Source: Planctomycetota bacterium (GTDB taxonomy: Bacteria > Planctomycetota > GCA-002687715 > DRQF01). Taken from it: a DNA stretch of 53,874 nucleotides. Both the position numbers and the translations under genes were made by a program. Below the pieces are notes generated by a model. The model saw only the letters and a list, made by a program, of their open reading frames with translations, did not search any database and had not been told where the DNA came from. The stretch is from assembly GCA_036479435.1 (NCBI GenBank), contig JAZGFI010000052.1:1-53874 (forward strand), given 5' to 3'. The number at the start of each line of letters is the position of its first letter. The stretch's first letter is position 1. Of this stretch, positions 1-9,838 are shown one piece after another.

Positions 1-1166
1 GATGTGTTGTTCGCAACAACTCCGCCAACAATGGAGGTGGCATCAACGGGGCTGGGGGAGAATTCACGATCATCGACTGCCTCTTCGAAGGCAACCAAGC
101 CGCCGACGCTTTTTCCGGACTCGGTGGAGGCGGAGCCATCGCTGTCAGCTTCGGGAAGTTCCATTTCGAGAACTCCCGCTTCTACAACAACTCCGCCAAT
201 CAAGGTGGCGGTGCAGTCATCTTGCTCGCGGGGGCCCAGCAGGCTTTCCCGAGCATGGACCTCCGCAACTGCGAGTTCGTCGGCAATAGCTCCGGGACCC
301 TCCCCTCACTTACGTTGATCGGCGCGGGCGTCATAGAGAATTGTACGATCGCGGGCAATACCTCCACGATGTTCGGCGATATCTACGCCGCGCCGGACGC
401 GGCAGGTTTGACGATCGTGAACACCAACATTTGGGGCAACTCAGCGGGCTTTATTACGCACGACGGCAGCAACCCCCTCACCCTGATGCACTGCAACATC
501 GAAGGTGGTTTTCCCGGCAGCATGAACCTGGATGTCGACCCGATGTTCCGCGACCCGGCGAACGGCGACTACCATCTGCGACCGGAATCGCCGCTCATCG
601 ATCAGGGTCTTTCGACCGCGACGACCCTGACGAGTTTCGACATCGACGGCGATCTTCGTGAGCTTTTGTCAGGCCCCGACATCGGTGCAGATGAGGTCAA
701 CGACGCCGCTCTCGGTCCCTACGCTGCGGGCGCAAGCTCGGTGCCCGGCGGTTTGCTGACGATCTCGGGATCGACAGGCAACATCGCGAAACGGGTTCTA
801 ATCCCGGCCGGTTCGACCTGGACGATAGAGTTGGCGGCCCCTCCGGGCGTCCTTGCGCCAAAATTTGTTCTGGCCGGAGGTCTTGGTGTCCCGCAACTTG
901 AGCACGCCACGCTCTTGCCCTTTGGGATCGGCACCATGGCCTTACCGCCATGCCCGCTGTTTCCACAGTTTTCCAACCTACTGTTTACGATGACCAACAA
1001 CTTAGGGGCTTTGCCCTGCAAGCAGATCCTGGCCTCACACCCCGCTCCTTGGTCTTCGGTCTTGCTGCCCAGCTTACCTGCGGGCATCGAGTTAACCTTC
1101 CAAGGCATCATCGAAGATGGCGTGGGTGGCTTCGAGATCACCAACCTCGTCGTCGCAGAATTCTAG
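1..1166 (+). CDS. 5'-truncated secreted right-handed beta-helix repeat protein with choice-of-anchor-Q-like segment and C-terminal beta domain
   Basis: The frame of ORF 222..1166 is open back to nt 3 (CVVRNNSANNGGGI..FEGNQA..GGGGAI..FYNNSANQGGGAV), giving GGA(I/V)/FxxN beta-helix repeats. It later has the DPMFRDPANGDYHLRPESPLIDQG...DIDGDLR...DIGADE motif. Confidence 0.75.
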   Translation, partial: CVVRNNSANNGGGINGAGGEFTIIDCLFEGNQAADAFSGLGGGGAIAVSFGKFHFENSRFYNNSANQGGGAVILLAGAQQAFPSMDLRNCEFVGNSSGTLPSLTLIGAGVIENCTIAGNTSTMFGDIYAAPDAAGLTIVNTNIWGNSAGFITHDGSNPLTLMHCNIEGGFPGSMNLDVDPMFRDPANGDYHLRPESPLIDQGLSTATTLTSFDIDGDLRELLSGPDIGADEVNDAALGPYAAGASSVPGGLLTISGSTGNIAKRVLIPAGSTWTIELAAPPGVLAPKFVLAGGLGVPQLEHATLLPFGIGTMALPPCPLFPQFSNLLFTMTNNLGALPCKQILASHPAPWSSVLLPSLPAGIELTFQGIIEDGVGGFEITNLVVAEF

Positions 1167-1459
1167 TATGACCTTGCCGCCGCGCGCCAATCTTGGCTGG
1201 GCGCGGCGGCAACGGCGTGAGCTCTTACGGCGTTTGCGGGGCCTTGAACGGCGCGGACGTCATGATCCAGACCGTTGCGCATTTGGGCTTGGCTCAAGAC
1301 AACTTCTTTGAACCCTCCAACGGACAGGTGCTCGAAGGGCTCTAAGCGGGGGAGAATAACCTGCGACAAGCCCTGCGGTCCCAAGGGATCGAGCGGCTTT
1401 CTTTTTAGCCGAGCCTGCGGGTGGCTTGTTAGAGTTGGGCTCCCTCAAATGGAGCAACC

Positions 1460-2728
1460 ATGAACATCCTTGTCGTCGGCAGCGGTGGCCGCGAGCACTC
1501 CCTCGCCTGGAAGCTCAGCCAATCACCTCGCCAACCCAATATTTACTGTGCCCCCGGAAACGCCGGCACGGCGCAGCTCGGTGACAACGTCGATATTGCC
1601 GCCAATGACATCGATGGACTGTTGGCTTTTGCCAAAAAAGCTCAGATTGATTTGACGGTCGTCGGCCCAGAAGTCGCCTTGTGCGCCGGCATCGCGGATC
1701 GTTTTCGGGAAGAGGGGCTCATGGTTTTTGGACCCTCCAAGGCCGCGGCTGCCTTGGAAGGCGATAAGGCCTACTGCAAAGACGTCATGAAGCGGCACTC
1801 GATCCCCACCGCTGGCCATCGTACTTTCCGCAGCTTGGCTCCGGCCATCGCCTTCGCCGAAGATACCGTGGACTATCCCTTGGTGGTAAAAGCCTCGGGT
1901 TTGGCGGCGGGCAAGGGCGTCATTATTTGCGCCAATGCCAAAGAGGCCAAAGAGGCCTTGGTTGAGATCATGGGAGATCGCCGTTTTGGTTCTGCGGGCG
2001 AGACCGTGGTCATCGAGGACTTCCTCGAAGGCGAAGAGGTCAGCGTCCTGGCTTTGACCGATGGCAAGACCATCTTGGTCTTAGAATCCAGCCAAGATCA
2101 CAAACGCGCCTTTGACGGCGACAAAGGACCCAACACGGGCGGGATGGGCGCCTATTCTCCGGCTCCAGTGTTGACGCCGGAACTTCAGGCTCAGGTCGAA
2201 AAAGAAGTCCTCGTGCCGATCGTGCACGCGATGAAACAAGAGCGGCGCCCGTTCAACGGGGTCTTGTTCGCCGGATTGATGATCGGCAAAAAAGGGCCGC
2301 GCGTCCTCGAATTCAACGTTCGCTTTGGCGATCCGGAATGCCAGGCCTTGATGATGCGTTGGCAAGGGGATTTGGCGACGGCGCTCGAGCGCTGCGCGCA
2401 GGGCCGCTTGGATGAAGTCCAAGTTGAGTGGGATCCACGGCCGGCCGTGACGGTGGTCGTGGCGCAAGAAGGCTATCCGGGGCCCGTCTCATCGGGGCAG
2501 GTGATCGCGGGACTCGACGCTCTCGCCAAACTCCCGGATCTGATGGTCTTTCATGCGGGAACCCGCCAAAGTGGAGGCGAGGTGGTGGCCGCCGGGGGGC
2601 GCGTGCTCAATGTCACGGCCCTCGGCGACGATTTTGCCCAAGCCGCCGAGCGAGCCTATGCCGCCGTCGATGCGCTCGATTTCCCTAAGTCCTTTGTCCG
2701 ACGTGACATCGCCCATCGGGTACTCTGA
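1460..2728 (+). CDS. purD: Phosphoribosylamine--glycine ligase
   Basis: MNILVVGSGGREH, APGNAG, VVKASGLAAGKGV, QDHKRAFDGDKGPNTGGMGAYSP, LEFNVRFGDPECQ; GGAG RBS upstream. Confidence 0.97.
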   Translation: MNILVVGSGGREHSLAWKLSQSPRQPNIYCAPGNAGTAQLGDNVDIAANDIDGLLAFAKKAQIDLTVVGPEVALCAGIADRFREEGLMVFGPSKAAAALEGDKAYCKDVMKRHSIPTAGHRTFRSLAPAIAFAEDTVDYPLVVKASGLAAGKGVIICANAKEAKEALVEIMGDRRFGSAGETVVIEDFLEGEEVSVLALTDGKTILVLESSQDHKRAFDGDKGPNTGGMGAYSPAPVLTPELQAQVEKEVLVPIVHAMKQERRPFNGVLFAGLMIGKKGPRVLEFNVRFGDPECQALMMRWQGDLATALERCAQGRLDEVQVEWDPRPAVTVVVAQEGYPGPVSSGQVIAGLDALAKLPDLMVFHAGTRQSGGEVVAAGGRVLNVTALGDDFAQAAERAYAAVDALDFPKSFVRRDIAHRVL

Positions 2729-2823
2729 GCGATCTGCCGCCCAAGGTTCCGGATCCTTCGATGGTTCTGGACCGGGCGCGCAAGGGATGTGACAATCAGT
2801 CCCGAAGGACCGGAGCGAGATTC

Positions 2824-3378
2824 TTGAGCTACAGCTACGACAAAAACCATCATCAGGAGCCCGGAGGCGAAGTCGACGTTTTTGAGGAATACCTCAAAGA
2901 GCGCGGCCTCAAGCTGACCCAGGCACGCCGCGACCTACTGAATCTCATTTTTTCGAATCACGATCACTTCACCGCCGATGAGCTGTTCGACGACTGCCGC
3001 AAGAATGAAGTTCGGGTCTCGAAGGCGACCTTGTACCGGACGCTTACAATCCTGTTGGATTGTAAGTTATTGGTAGATCACGATTTCGGCGAGGGGTCGC
3101 GCTACTACGAACACGTCTTTGGTCACCGCCACCACGACCATTTTTTCTGCACGGTGTGCAAAGAGATCATCGAGTTTCGCAGCGAGAAGATCGAAGCCCT
3201 TCAACACGAAGCTGCTTCGGAACTCGGGTTTCACCCGGTTCGCCACACCTTGGCGATTTTTGGCGTGTGCGCGGGTTGCCATGAAACGGAGCGCGGACGC
3301 GCTACCATTGCGGAGCACAAGGCCGCTGAGCTTGAGTCTTCCAAGGCCAAGGCCGTTCAGAGCGAGTCGGAAGCCTAA
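2824..3378 (+). CDS. fur: Fur-family transcriptional regulator
   Basis: GLKLTQAR, HFTADEL, SKATLYRTL, HHDHFFCTVC and a C-terminal CAGC. Start placed at TTG 2824 after GGAG (ORF is open from 2761). Fur/Zur/PerR subtype not resolved. Confidence 0.88.
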   Translation: MSYSYDKNHHQEPGGEVDVFEEYLKERGLKLTQARRDLLNLIFSNHDHFTADELFDDCRKNEVRVSKATLYRTLTILLDCKLLVDHDFGEGSRYYEHVFGHRHHDHFFCTVCKEIIEFRSEKIEALQHEAASELGFHPVRHTLAIFGVCAGCHETERGRATIAEHKAAELESSKAKAVQSESEA

Positions 3379-3523
3379 GTCTCGCTTGAATCGAGGTGAA
3401 AGCGGAAAAGCTGCACCGTCTGTTGAGCCAAGGGTCGGCTGGTGGCCGTCTCGGCGCTTTCTGAACCCTGCTGCCCCGCGCCTCGTTTTCAGACCCATCA
3501 ATCATTGTCAACCGGAGTGTCGG

Positions 3524-4795
3524 ATGCGAAAAGCTCAATCCTTGTTCAATTTGGGGGCGGCCTTGCTCTTTATGCTCTCCATCCTTGGCGCTTGTTCGAA
3601 AGTGGAAGAGGGGAAGCCAGCGGAGAACGCGACGAACCCTTCCTCGGAGCCGTCGACCCGACATGACGGGGCAAAGCCCATCGCAAAGCGTAGCCAAGAC
3701 GCGATTGACCGCGCCATCAAGTACTTACGCAAGCACCAAGATCCCAAAACCGGAGCGGTGAGCGTGGCGCTTCCCGTCATGCCCCAAACCCGGCATCCCG
3801 GCGTCACTGCGATGGCAGTGCTGGCCTATCTGAACGCGCCGCATCGCAGCTACAACTACAAAGACGACCCATTCGTGCGCAACGCGCTCGACTGGGTGGC
3901 GAGCCTTCAAAAAGATGATGGCTCCATCTACGAGAGCGATTCCATCGGCTACGTGACGAGCTTGGCGGTCGCCGCTTTGGTCGAAAGCGGGGAAGCCTCG
4001 TTCGCGGGGCGCATCGAGAAAGCCCGCGATTTCTTGCTGCGCTTGCAGGCTAATGAGGAAAGCGGCTACCGCCCCAAGGACCGCTTCTTTGGGGGTGTCG
4101 GCTATGGCGGCGACGAACGCCCCGACCTTTCCAACACGCAGTTTGCCGTCGAAGCGGTCAGAAAAGCGGGCCTTGAGCCCGGCCACAAGTTCTTCAAAGC
4201 GGCCGTGACTTACTTGGAGCGCTGTCAAAACAACAGCGAGACTAACGATCAAATCTGGAAAGACAGCGAGGGCAACGAGGTGCGTCCTGGCAACGATGGC
4301 GGCGCGATCTACCTCCCCGGCGAGAGCAAGGCGGGTATCCAGGTCCTTCCCGATGGCTCGCGTGTTTTCATCAGCTACGGCTCCATGTCCTACGCGCTGC
4401 TGAAGACCTATCTGTTTTGCGACATCGATCGCCGCGACCCTCGCGTGCGCGCGGTGGCGAAGTGGTGCGTTTCGAATTTCGATCTCGACAAGCACCCCGG
4501 TTTTAGCGCCGGTGAAAAGGGTACGGAGCAATATCAGGGGCTTTATTACTACTACTACAGCATGGCGAAGGCCTTGGGGGTCTACGGCAAAGACATCATC
4601 GAGGACGAGGCTGGCGTGAAGCGCGATTGGGCCCGTGAATTGTCGGAGAAGCTGCTTTCTTTGCAGCGCAGCGACGGCTCTTTTGTGAATGACCAAAACG
4701 GGCGTTGGCGCGAAGGCTACGCGGTTATTGCCACCTGCTACGCCACCATTGCCCTGGAAATCGCGCTTGAGGCCCTGCAGAACGCGGGAGGGTGA
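3524..4795 (+). CDS. Prenyltransferase/squalene-oxidase-repeat (alpha/alpha barrel) lipoprotein
   Basis: ATG 3524 with GGAG RBS and lipobox LGAC. QW-type repeats (YLRKHQDPKTGA, SLQKDDGSI, RLQ..GGVGY, SLQRSDGSF), PDLSNT, SYGSMSYA, LYYYYYSMAKAL. No DxDD cyclase motif. Confidence 0.8.
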   Translation: MRKAQSLFNLGAALLFMLSILGACSKVEEGKPAENATNPSSEPSTRHDGAKPIAKRSQDAIDRAIKYLRKHQDPKTGAVSVALPVMPQTRHPGVTAMAVLAYLNAPHRSYNYKDDPFVRNALDWVASLQKDDGSIYESDSIGYVTSLAVAALVESGEASFAGRIEKARDFLLRLQANEESGYRPKDRFFGGVGYGGDERPDLSNTQFAVEAVRKAGLEPGHKFFKAAVTYLERCQNNSETNDQIWKDSEGNEVRPGNDGGAIYLPGESKAGIQVLPDGSRVFISYGSMSYALLKTYLFCDIDRRDPRVRAVAKWCVSNFDLDKHPGFSAGEKGTEQYQGLYYYYYSMAKALGVYGKDIIEDEAGVKRDWARELSEKLLSLQRSDGSFVNDQNGRWREGYAVIATCYATIALEIALEALQNAGG

Positions 4796-5592
4796 GAAAC
4801 GCTGGAGCGGCTCAGGGGGCTCGGTGGCCTCGTGTATGGGGCGCTAAAGCCGCGGTTTCGGCGGCCTTTGTTCTTTTCTGGCTGGCATTGAGCGGAGCGC
4901 AAGGTGGGGGCGATGGCCCCCAGGGGCCTCTGGCGTCCCTCATGACCGGATGGCTGTTGTTCGTGCCCTTTGCCCTTGCGACGGTTTCGATTGAGCTTGT
5001 TGGCCGCGAAGGCGCGTCAGCGAGCTCTTGGCGGCGGCAACTCCTGGAAACTTCCGGGGGCATCATGATTGCTACGCTGAGCTTCGCCTTGGGGGCCCGA
5101 ATTATCCTGGGCGAAGACGCCTGGTCTGCGGCACATCATCCCCAATGGGGCTCCCTCGAAGCTCCTCTCGTCCAAATTGTCTTCGCGTTTACGGCTTTTG
5201 TAGGCGGTATGGCCTTTTTTGAGTCTCAGCTGTGGCGGGCGAAGACCGCCCAGGTCTTGACGCTGATCTTGGCCTACTGGCTCATCTTGGCTCCCTTCTG
5301 CCTTGACGGTTTCATTGAAGCGCATCAGGATGCACCGTCCACGGATAGATGGCTGGCCCGCGCGGCTACCTTGTCGCCGCCAGCACTCTTGGCCCAAGAG
5401 ACCTACGGGCTCGACTTGTTTCGGCAGGAAAGGATCTACCGAGACTTCATGATTGGCGAGCAACTGCTGGCCCCCCGCGACTTGAAAGCGGCGCTCTTTA
5501 GCTTGTTCGGAGTTGGTTTTCTGGCGGCGGTTGGGGGTCTGGTCTTGAACCGTCTCCGAGGCCGCAAATGCGAGAGATCGAGGACCCCATGA
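4792..5592 (+). CDS. Polytopic membrane protein of unknown function (permease-like)
   Basis: About 6 hydrophobic segments; GTGA overlap with the upstream stop and ATGA overlap with the downstream start. Confidence 0.6.
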   Translation: MRNAGAAQGARWPRVWGAKAAVSAAFVLFWLALSGAQGGGDGPQGPLASLMTGWLLFVPFALATVSIELVGREGASASSWRRQLLETSGGIMIATLSFALGARIILGEDAWSAAHHPQWGSLEAPLVQIVFAFTAFVGGMAFFESQLWRAKTAQVLTLILAYWLILAPFCLDGFIEAHQDAPSTDRWLARAATLSPPALLAQETYGLDLFRQERIYRDFMIGEQLLAPRDLKAALFSLFGVGFLAAVGGLVLNRLRGRKCERSRTP

Positions 5593-5813
5593 AGCAGCGT
5601 TTGTTCCTAACTTTTAGCGCCGTCCGCCGCGACACTCCGATTTTGAGCACGCTCGCCACGAAATTTGAACTCAGCTTCAATGTCTTCGGGGCGACGATTG
5701 ATGAAGAAAAACAATGTATGGCCCTAGAAATCGAAGGCCCCGAAGAGAAAATTTTGGCCGCCGTCGAGTTCTTGAAGCAGTCGGGCGTGCACTTTGATCA
5801 GGCGGAATCATAG
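5589..5813 (+). CDS. Stand-alone NIL-domain protein
   Basis: 74 aa: RLFLTF..TPILSTLATKFELSFNVFGATI....MALEIEGPEEKILAAVEFLKQSGV matches the NIL (MetN C-terminal) pattern; ATGA-coupled. Confidence 0.8.
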   Translation: MKQRLFLTFSAVRRDTPILSTLATKFELSFNVFGATIDEEKQCMALEIEGPEEKILAAVEFLKQSGVHFDQAES

Positions 5814-6229
5814 GCGGCGGTTCTGCCCCGCTGATTCGCCGAAATCCGAGCGTTTACAGCTTACGCGCCGGATCCCAACAAAGAGTGTTTTTGGCACCTC
5901 AGAGCCGATTTCGGCAACTTTGCAGATTTGCCCCGTGACAGTAGATAATAAATCTTGATAGTGCCACAGGCGCTGTCGTTGGCGATTCGCGAATCGACTC
6001 GATGCCCCATGACTCTTAATAGGGCGAGTCGGCGATGGACACGCGAGGTCCAAAACGTGAAAGCAGAACTTTTCTGAATTCAAGGCGTGAAACCGGGGCG
6101 AACAATGCCCATCATTTGGCCGTACAGCTTATTGCACGGCATTAGCGTTTTAGTACGCTGATCCGCAGACCGAGTCACAGAAGGAAAAATGGGTGGCTGG
6201 TCTCATCACTTTGAGGAGGTAATTCCCTA

Positions 6230-7852
6230 ATGAGGATTTGGAATGTTGTAGCGCTGGTCTTGGCGGCGGGCTTTATGTTTGCCCCGCTCGCACAAGCTCA
6301 GACGGACAACGACCTGCGCCAGGAGGTTGAGCAGCTAAAGCGCGACCTCCGCAAGGTTCTCGATCAGAATGCTCGCATCGCGAGCGAGAACATTGACATG
6401 CGCGACAGGGTCGAAGGCATCGAGGCTGCGGATAGCACCCTCGAAGGCCGTATCAACGCTCTCTCTGAGAGCCTTAACTTTGCGCCGTCGACAACCGTCA
6501 ACAGCGTCGCCAACCCGATCACGATCGGTGGAGAGTTTCGCAACCGTCACGGTTGGACTTTCGACCGCGACTTCGGGCGTGGCAATGATCGCGACGACGA
6601 TGGCAGCTTCTACGATGCTCGTTATCGCGTTGAACTCACTTTTGAGTTCGACCGCAACGTCGTCACCCACTTTTCGATGCAGGCCAACGGCCTCTTCGGA
6701 AACGGTGACACTCCTGCCGGCAACGGCAGTGGCCAGCAGCAGTTCTTCAAAGGCAGCTCGTCCGGCACGTTTGCCAGTTCATCGAGTGGTGACCTGAGCG
6801 ACATCGATCTCTACGAGGGCTACATTCACCTGAACAACCTGTTCGGTCGCCGGGAATTCTCGGTTCGTGCGGGTCGCCAGGAAATCGTGCTCGGTAACGA
6901 GTTCATTTTCGGAAACAACGACTTCTTCTCCGGCGAGACCTTTGACGGTACTCACTGGATGTGGTCGTCCGAAAACTTCGATCTCCACTTCGTCTTCGCG
7001 AAGCTCGCCACCCAAGGTGGCAACTTCAACACTCGTAACCACCCCTACTCATTGCCTGGGGATGGCTTCGATGACGATGAAGTCTACTCGCTTTACTTCA
7101 CGCTGAAGACGATCAAGGATACGGATCTCGATCTGTACTGGGTCTACTTCAACGGCAACAACGGTGGCACGGCAGGAACGGCTGGCAACTCCCTCGGGGG
7201 CGGCGCAGACTTCTTCTTCCACACCATCGGTATCCGTCTTGCGGGTATGTTCAATGTGGCGGCGGGCCTCGATTACAACATCGAGTTCAGCTACCAGTTC
7301 GGTGACATCGAATCCGGCGGCGGCAGCGACATTGACGTCGACGCCTTCGCGGTCGAAGCCGAAATTGGCATCACTTTCAACCGCAACAACAACTTCCGTG
7401 TCTTCGTGCGCTTTTTGTACGCCGAAGGCAGTGACCAGTCCGACGAAGCGGCATTCATTCCGCTCTTCGGCGAGCGTCACGCGCAAGCTGGCTCCGGTGG
7501 TACTACCAACTACCGCGCTCGCTACGGCTTGATGGACATCATTCCGTTGACCAACGTTCTCACGGTTCAAGGTGGTCTCCACTTTGATCCCCGTGCGGAC
7601 TGGACCATCGGTGCGACCTTCATCTACGCCGCGCTCGACGAAGACGTCACCATCGCTGGTAACAGCGAAGACGAAATCGGATTCGAAATCGATGTGTGGG
7701 CCGAGTATCGCTACAGCGATCAGACCACCATGGCTTTCGGTGTTGGACTTTTCTTTGCTGACGAAGCGGCGCCCCTTCTGGGTGGTGGCTTCGCCGGTGA
7801 CGATGATGACCTCGCCTTCCTGTTCTACGGACAGGTTCGCGTCGTTTTCTAA
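6230..7852 (+). CDS. Outer-membrane beta-barrel, alginate-export (AlgE-like) family, with N-terminal coiled coil
   Basis: Signal peptide (AQA), coiled-coil heptads, IGGEFRNR, DLYEGYIHL, RAGRQEIVLGNEFIFG..TFDG, EIGFEIDV, terminal Phe (QVRVVF); strong GAGGAGGT RBS. Confidence 0.8.
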   Translation: MRIWNVVALVLAAGFMFAPLAQAQTDNDLRQEVEQLKRDLRKVLDQNARIASENIDMRDRVEGIEAADSTLEGRINALSESLNFAPSTTVNSVANPITIGGEFRNRHGWTFDRDFGRGNDRDDDGSFYDARYRVELTFEFDRNVVTHFSMQANGLFGNGDTPAGNGSGQQQFFKGSSSGTFASSSSGDLSDIDLYEGYIHLNNLFGRREFSVRAGRQEIVLGNEFIFGNNDFFSGETFDGTHWMWSSENFDLHFVFAKLATQGGNFNTRNHPYSLPGDGFDDDEVYSLYFTLKTIKDTDLDLYWVYFNGNNGGTAGTAGNSLGGGADFFFHTIGIRLAGMFNVAAGLDYNIEFSYQFGDIESGGGSDIDVDAFAVEAEIGITFNRNNNFRVFVRFLYAEGSDQSDEAAFIPLFGERHAQAGSGGTTNYRARYGLMDIIPLTNVLTVQGGLHFDPRADWTIGATFIYAALDEDVTIAGNSEDEIGFEIDVWAEYRYSDQTTMAFGVGLFFADEAAPLLGGGFAGDDDDLAFLFYGQVRVVF

Positions 7853-7884
7853 GCGACACCCGAGCACGATCAAAACGATCTGAG

Positions 7885-7919
7885 GATCGGCCAGGCGAAA
7901 GCCTGGCCGATCTTTTTTT
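7885..7919 (+). terminator. Rho-independent terminator
   Basis: GATCGGCCAGGC-GAAA-GCCTGGCCGATC 12-bp perfect stem followed by T7. Confidence 0.9.
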
Positions 7920-8013
7920 GCGCCCTCGCGGGTATAAGTCCTTGCAGCCGCCCGAGTAATTGGTCAAATGACGACGGTTACAACGCTGGAATGCGAAATA
8001 GGAGGGATGTTTG

Positions 8014-9723
8014 ATGCGCATGCTCATGGCATGTTTGGCCGTCTTGGCGTGGAGCGCCGCTTCGGTTTTAGCGCAGGGTGTCAACTCTGCCGCCGACGGA
8101 TCGAGTTCAGTACAAAGAGATCTCGACTCTTTGCGAAGGCAAATTGGTCAAGCGATCGCGGATCACGAACGCCTGGCGTCCGACCAGCGAGATATTCACG
8201 AACGCATTGTGGGTGAGACGGTGGAGGCCAATGGTCTTGAATTGCGCCTCAACACCTTGGCCGAAGACATCAGCACCAGGTCTGCCACCGACGTGCATTC
8301 GATTGCGAACCCGATCACGATCTTCGGCAACTTTCGCACTCGGCTGTACTACACCGACAACCGTGACTTCGGCAACAACGGTACGGGCCAAGCTCCCGGC
8401 GGCGGCACCGGGCAGATCGCTGGCGGCAGCGGCGGCACCGATACCCCAGAAGACGATCGCGGCACCGCGCTCGTCGGTTGTTACCTCATCGGTTTTGACT
8501 TCAATTTCGACCGCGATGTGACCACGCACTTTGCGGTGCAAGCGCACGGCGGGTTTGCCAACGGCGATACGCCGGGCAACGAGTCCTTCAACTCTGGGCC
8601 CTTGTTCGACAGCCAAGTCTTGGGCAATCAATCTGGAGTCCTGGACGAGATCGATCTCTACGAGGGATGGATTCAGTTCGACAACATTTTCAGCCAGGAC
8701 GGTTTGTCCTGGCGTGTCGGTCGCCAAGAAGTCGTGCTCGGCAACGAGTTCATCTTCGGCAACAACGACTTTTTCACCGGTGAAAACTTCGACGGCGCGA
8801 TGCTCTTTTACGAGAGCGACGGCTGGGACTTGCACGTCTTCTACTTGACGCTCGCTTATCGCGATACCTTCAGCACGCGCAACCACCCCTACGCAAGTGG
8901 TGGTAAGGGTTTCGACGACGATACGATCTTCGGGATCTACTTCGAATGGAAGGGCTCGCGAGCCTTCAACGTTGACGTCTACTACTTGTACTTCGACGGC
9001 AACAACGGCTTTTCGCGTGGTAGCTTGGGCAACTCCCTGTCGGCGTCGCAGTTCGGTGACTTGACGCTCGAAGGCGGCGGCGTCAATGCCTTTTATCACA
9101 CCTTCGGCGCGCGTCTTTTCGGCGTGTTGAACGGCGTGGCGGACGGTTTGGACTACAACGTCGAAGTCGCCTACCAGACCGGTGACCTGCAGGACACCAC
9201 GATCGATGTCGAAGGTCTCGCGATTGAAGCCGAAGTCGGCATCTTGCTAAGCCAAGCCAAGCAAACGCGTATCTTCACCCGATTCCTCTATTCAGAAGGT
9301 GGCGACTCGAACGACACGGGTTACATCCCACTCTTCACCGAACGTCACGCCTACGCGGGAGACGGTGGTTGGACGGGTTACCGTGCGCGCTACGGTTTGA
9401 TGAACATCATTCCGCTCGAAAACGTCATCAGCGTTCAAGTCGGTGCCTACACCGACTTCGCTGCGGAGTGGACCGTTGGCGCCACCGTGTTGTGGGCGAC
9501 TTTGGATCGTTCCAACATCTTGGTTGCGGGCCGCGACGATGACATTGGCTGGGAAATCGATCTTTGGGTCGAGCACCGCTACAGTGAAAACACGCTGGCG
9601 ACCTTCGGCATCGGGATCTTTTTGCCGGACGATGCGGCACCCTTGCCCAAGAGCACGGCCTCGTTGTCGGGCGAAGATGACACGGCCTTTTTGTTCTACG
9701 CCGACATCCGAGTGCAGTTCTAA
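8014..9723 (+). CDS. Second alginate-export-family outer-membrane beta-barrel (paralogue of 6230..7852)
   Basis: Shares ANPITI.G.FR, IDLYEG, GRQE.VLGNEFIFGNNDFF, TRNHPY, YRARYGLM.IIPL with the first; ends in RVQF; GGAGG RBS. Confidence 0.8.
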   Translation: MRMLMACLAVLAWSAASVLAQGVNSAADGSSSVQRDLDSLRRQIGQAIADHERLASDQRDIHERIVGETVEANGLELRLNTLAEDISTRSATDVHSIANPITIFGNFRTRLYYTDNRDFGNNGTGQAPGGGTGQIAGGSGGTDTPEDDRGTALVGCYLIGFDFNFDRDVTTHFAVQAHGGFANGDTPGNESFNSGPLFDSQVLGNQSGVLDEIDLYEGWIQFDNIFSQDGLSWRVGRQEVVLGNEFIFGNNDFFTGENFDGAMLFYESDGWDLHVFYLTLAYRDTFSTRNHPYASGGKGFDDDTIFGIYFEWKGSRAFNVDVYYLYFDGNNGFSRGSLGNSLSASQFGDLTLEGGGVNAFYHTFGARLFGVLNGVADGLDYNVEVAYQTGDLQDTTIDVEGLAIEAEVGILLSQAKQTRIFTRFLYSEGGDSNDTGYIPLFTERHAYAGDGGWTGYRARYGLMNIIPLENVISVQVGAYTDFAAEWTVGATVLWATLDRSNILVAGRDDDIGWEIDLWVEHRYSENTLATFGIGIFLPDDAAPLPKSTASLSGEDDTAFLFYADIRVQF

Positions 9724-9767
9724 GCGGCCTCGAAGACTCACACGCTGGCTTATCCGGCAATCACAAT

Positions 9768-9809
9768 CAGCCCCAGCCTCGGATCCGACCGAAGCTGGGG
9801 CTGTTTTTT
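9768..9809 (+). terminator. Rho-independent terminator between convergent genes
   Basis: CAGCCCCAGC...GCTGGGGCTG stem followed by T6. Confidence 0.8.
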
Positions 9810-9838
9810 AGGAGGCAGGCCCGCGGCTCTCCTTTTCT

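Noticed and set aside
3524..4795. Squalene-hopene cyclase call, and the 558-aa ORF start at 3119
   Set aside because: Too short and lacks DxDD. The extension overlaps fur, while ATG 3524 has an RBS and a lipobox.
5890..6140. Sigma-54 promoter upstream of the porins
   Set aside because: The TGGC...TTGC candidates checked do not have the required GG-N10-GC spacing.
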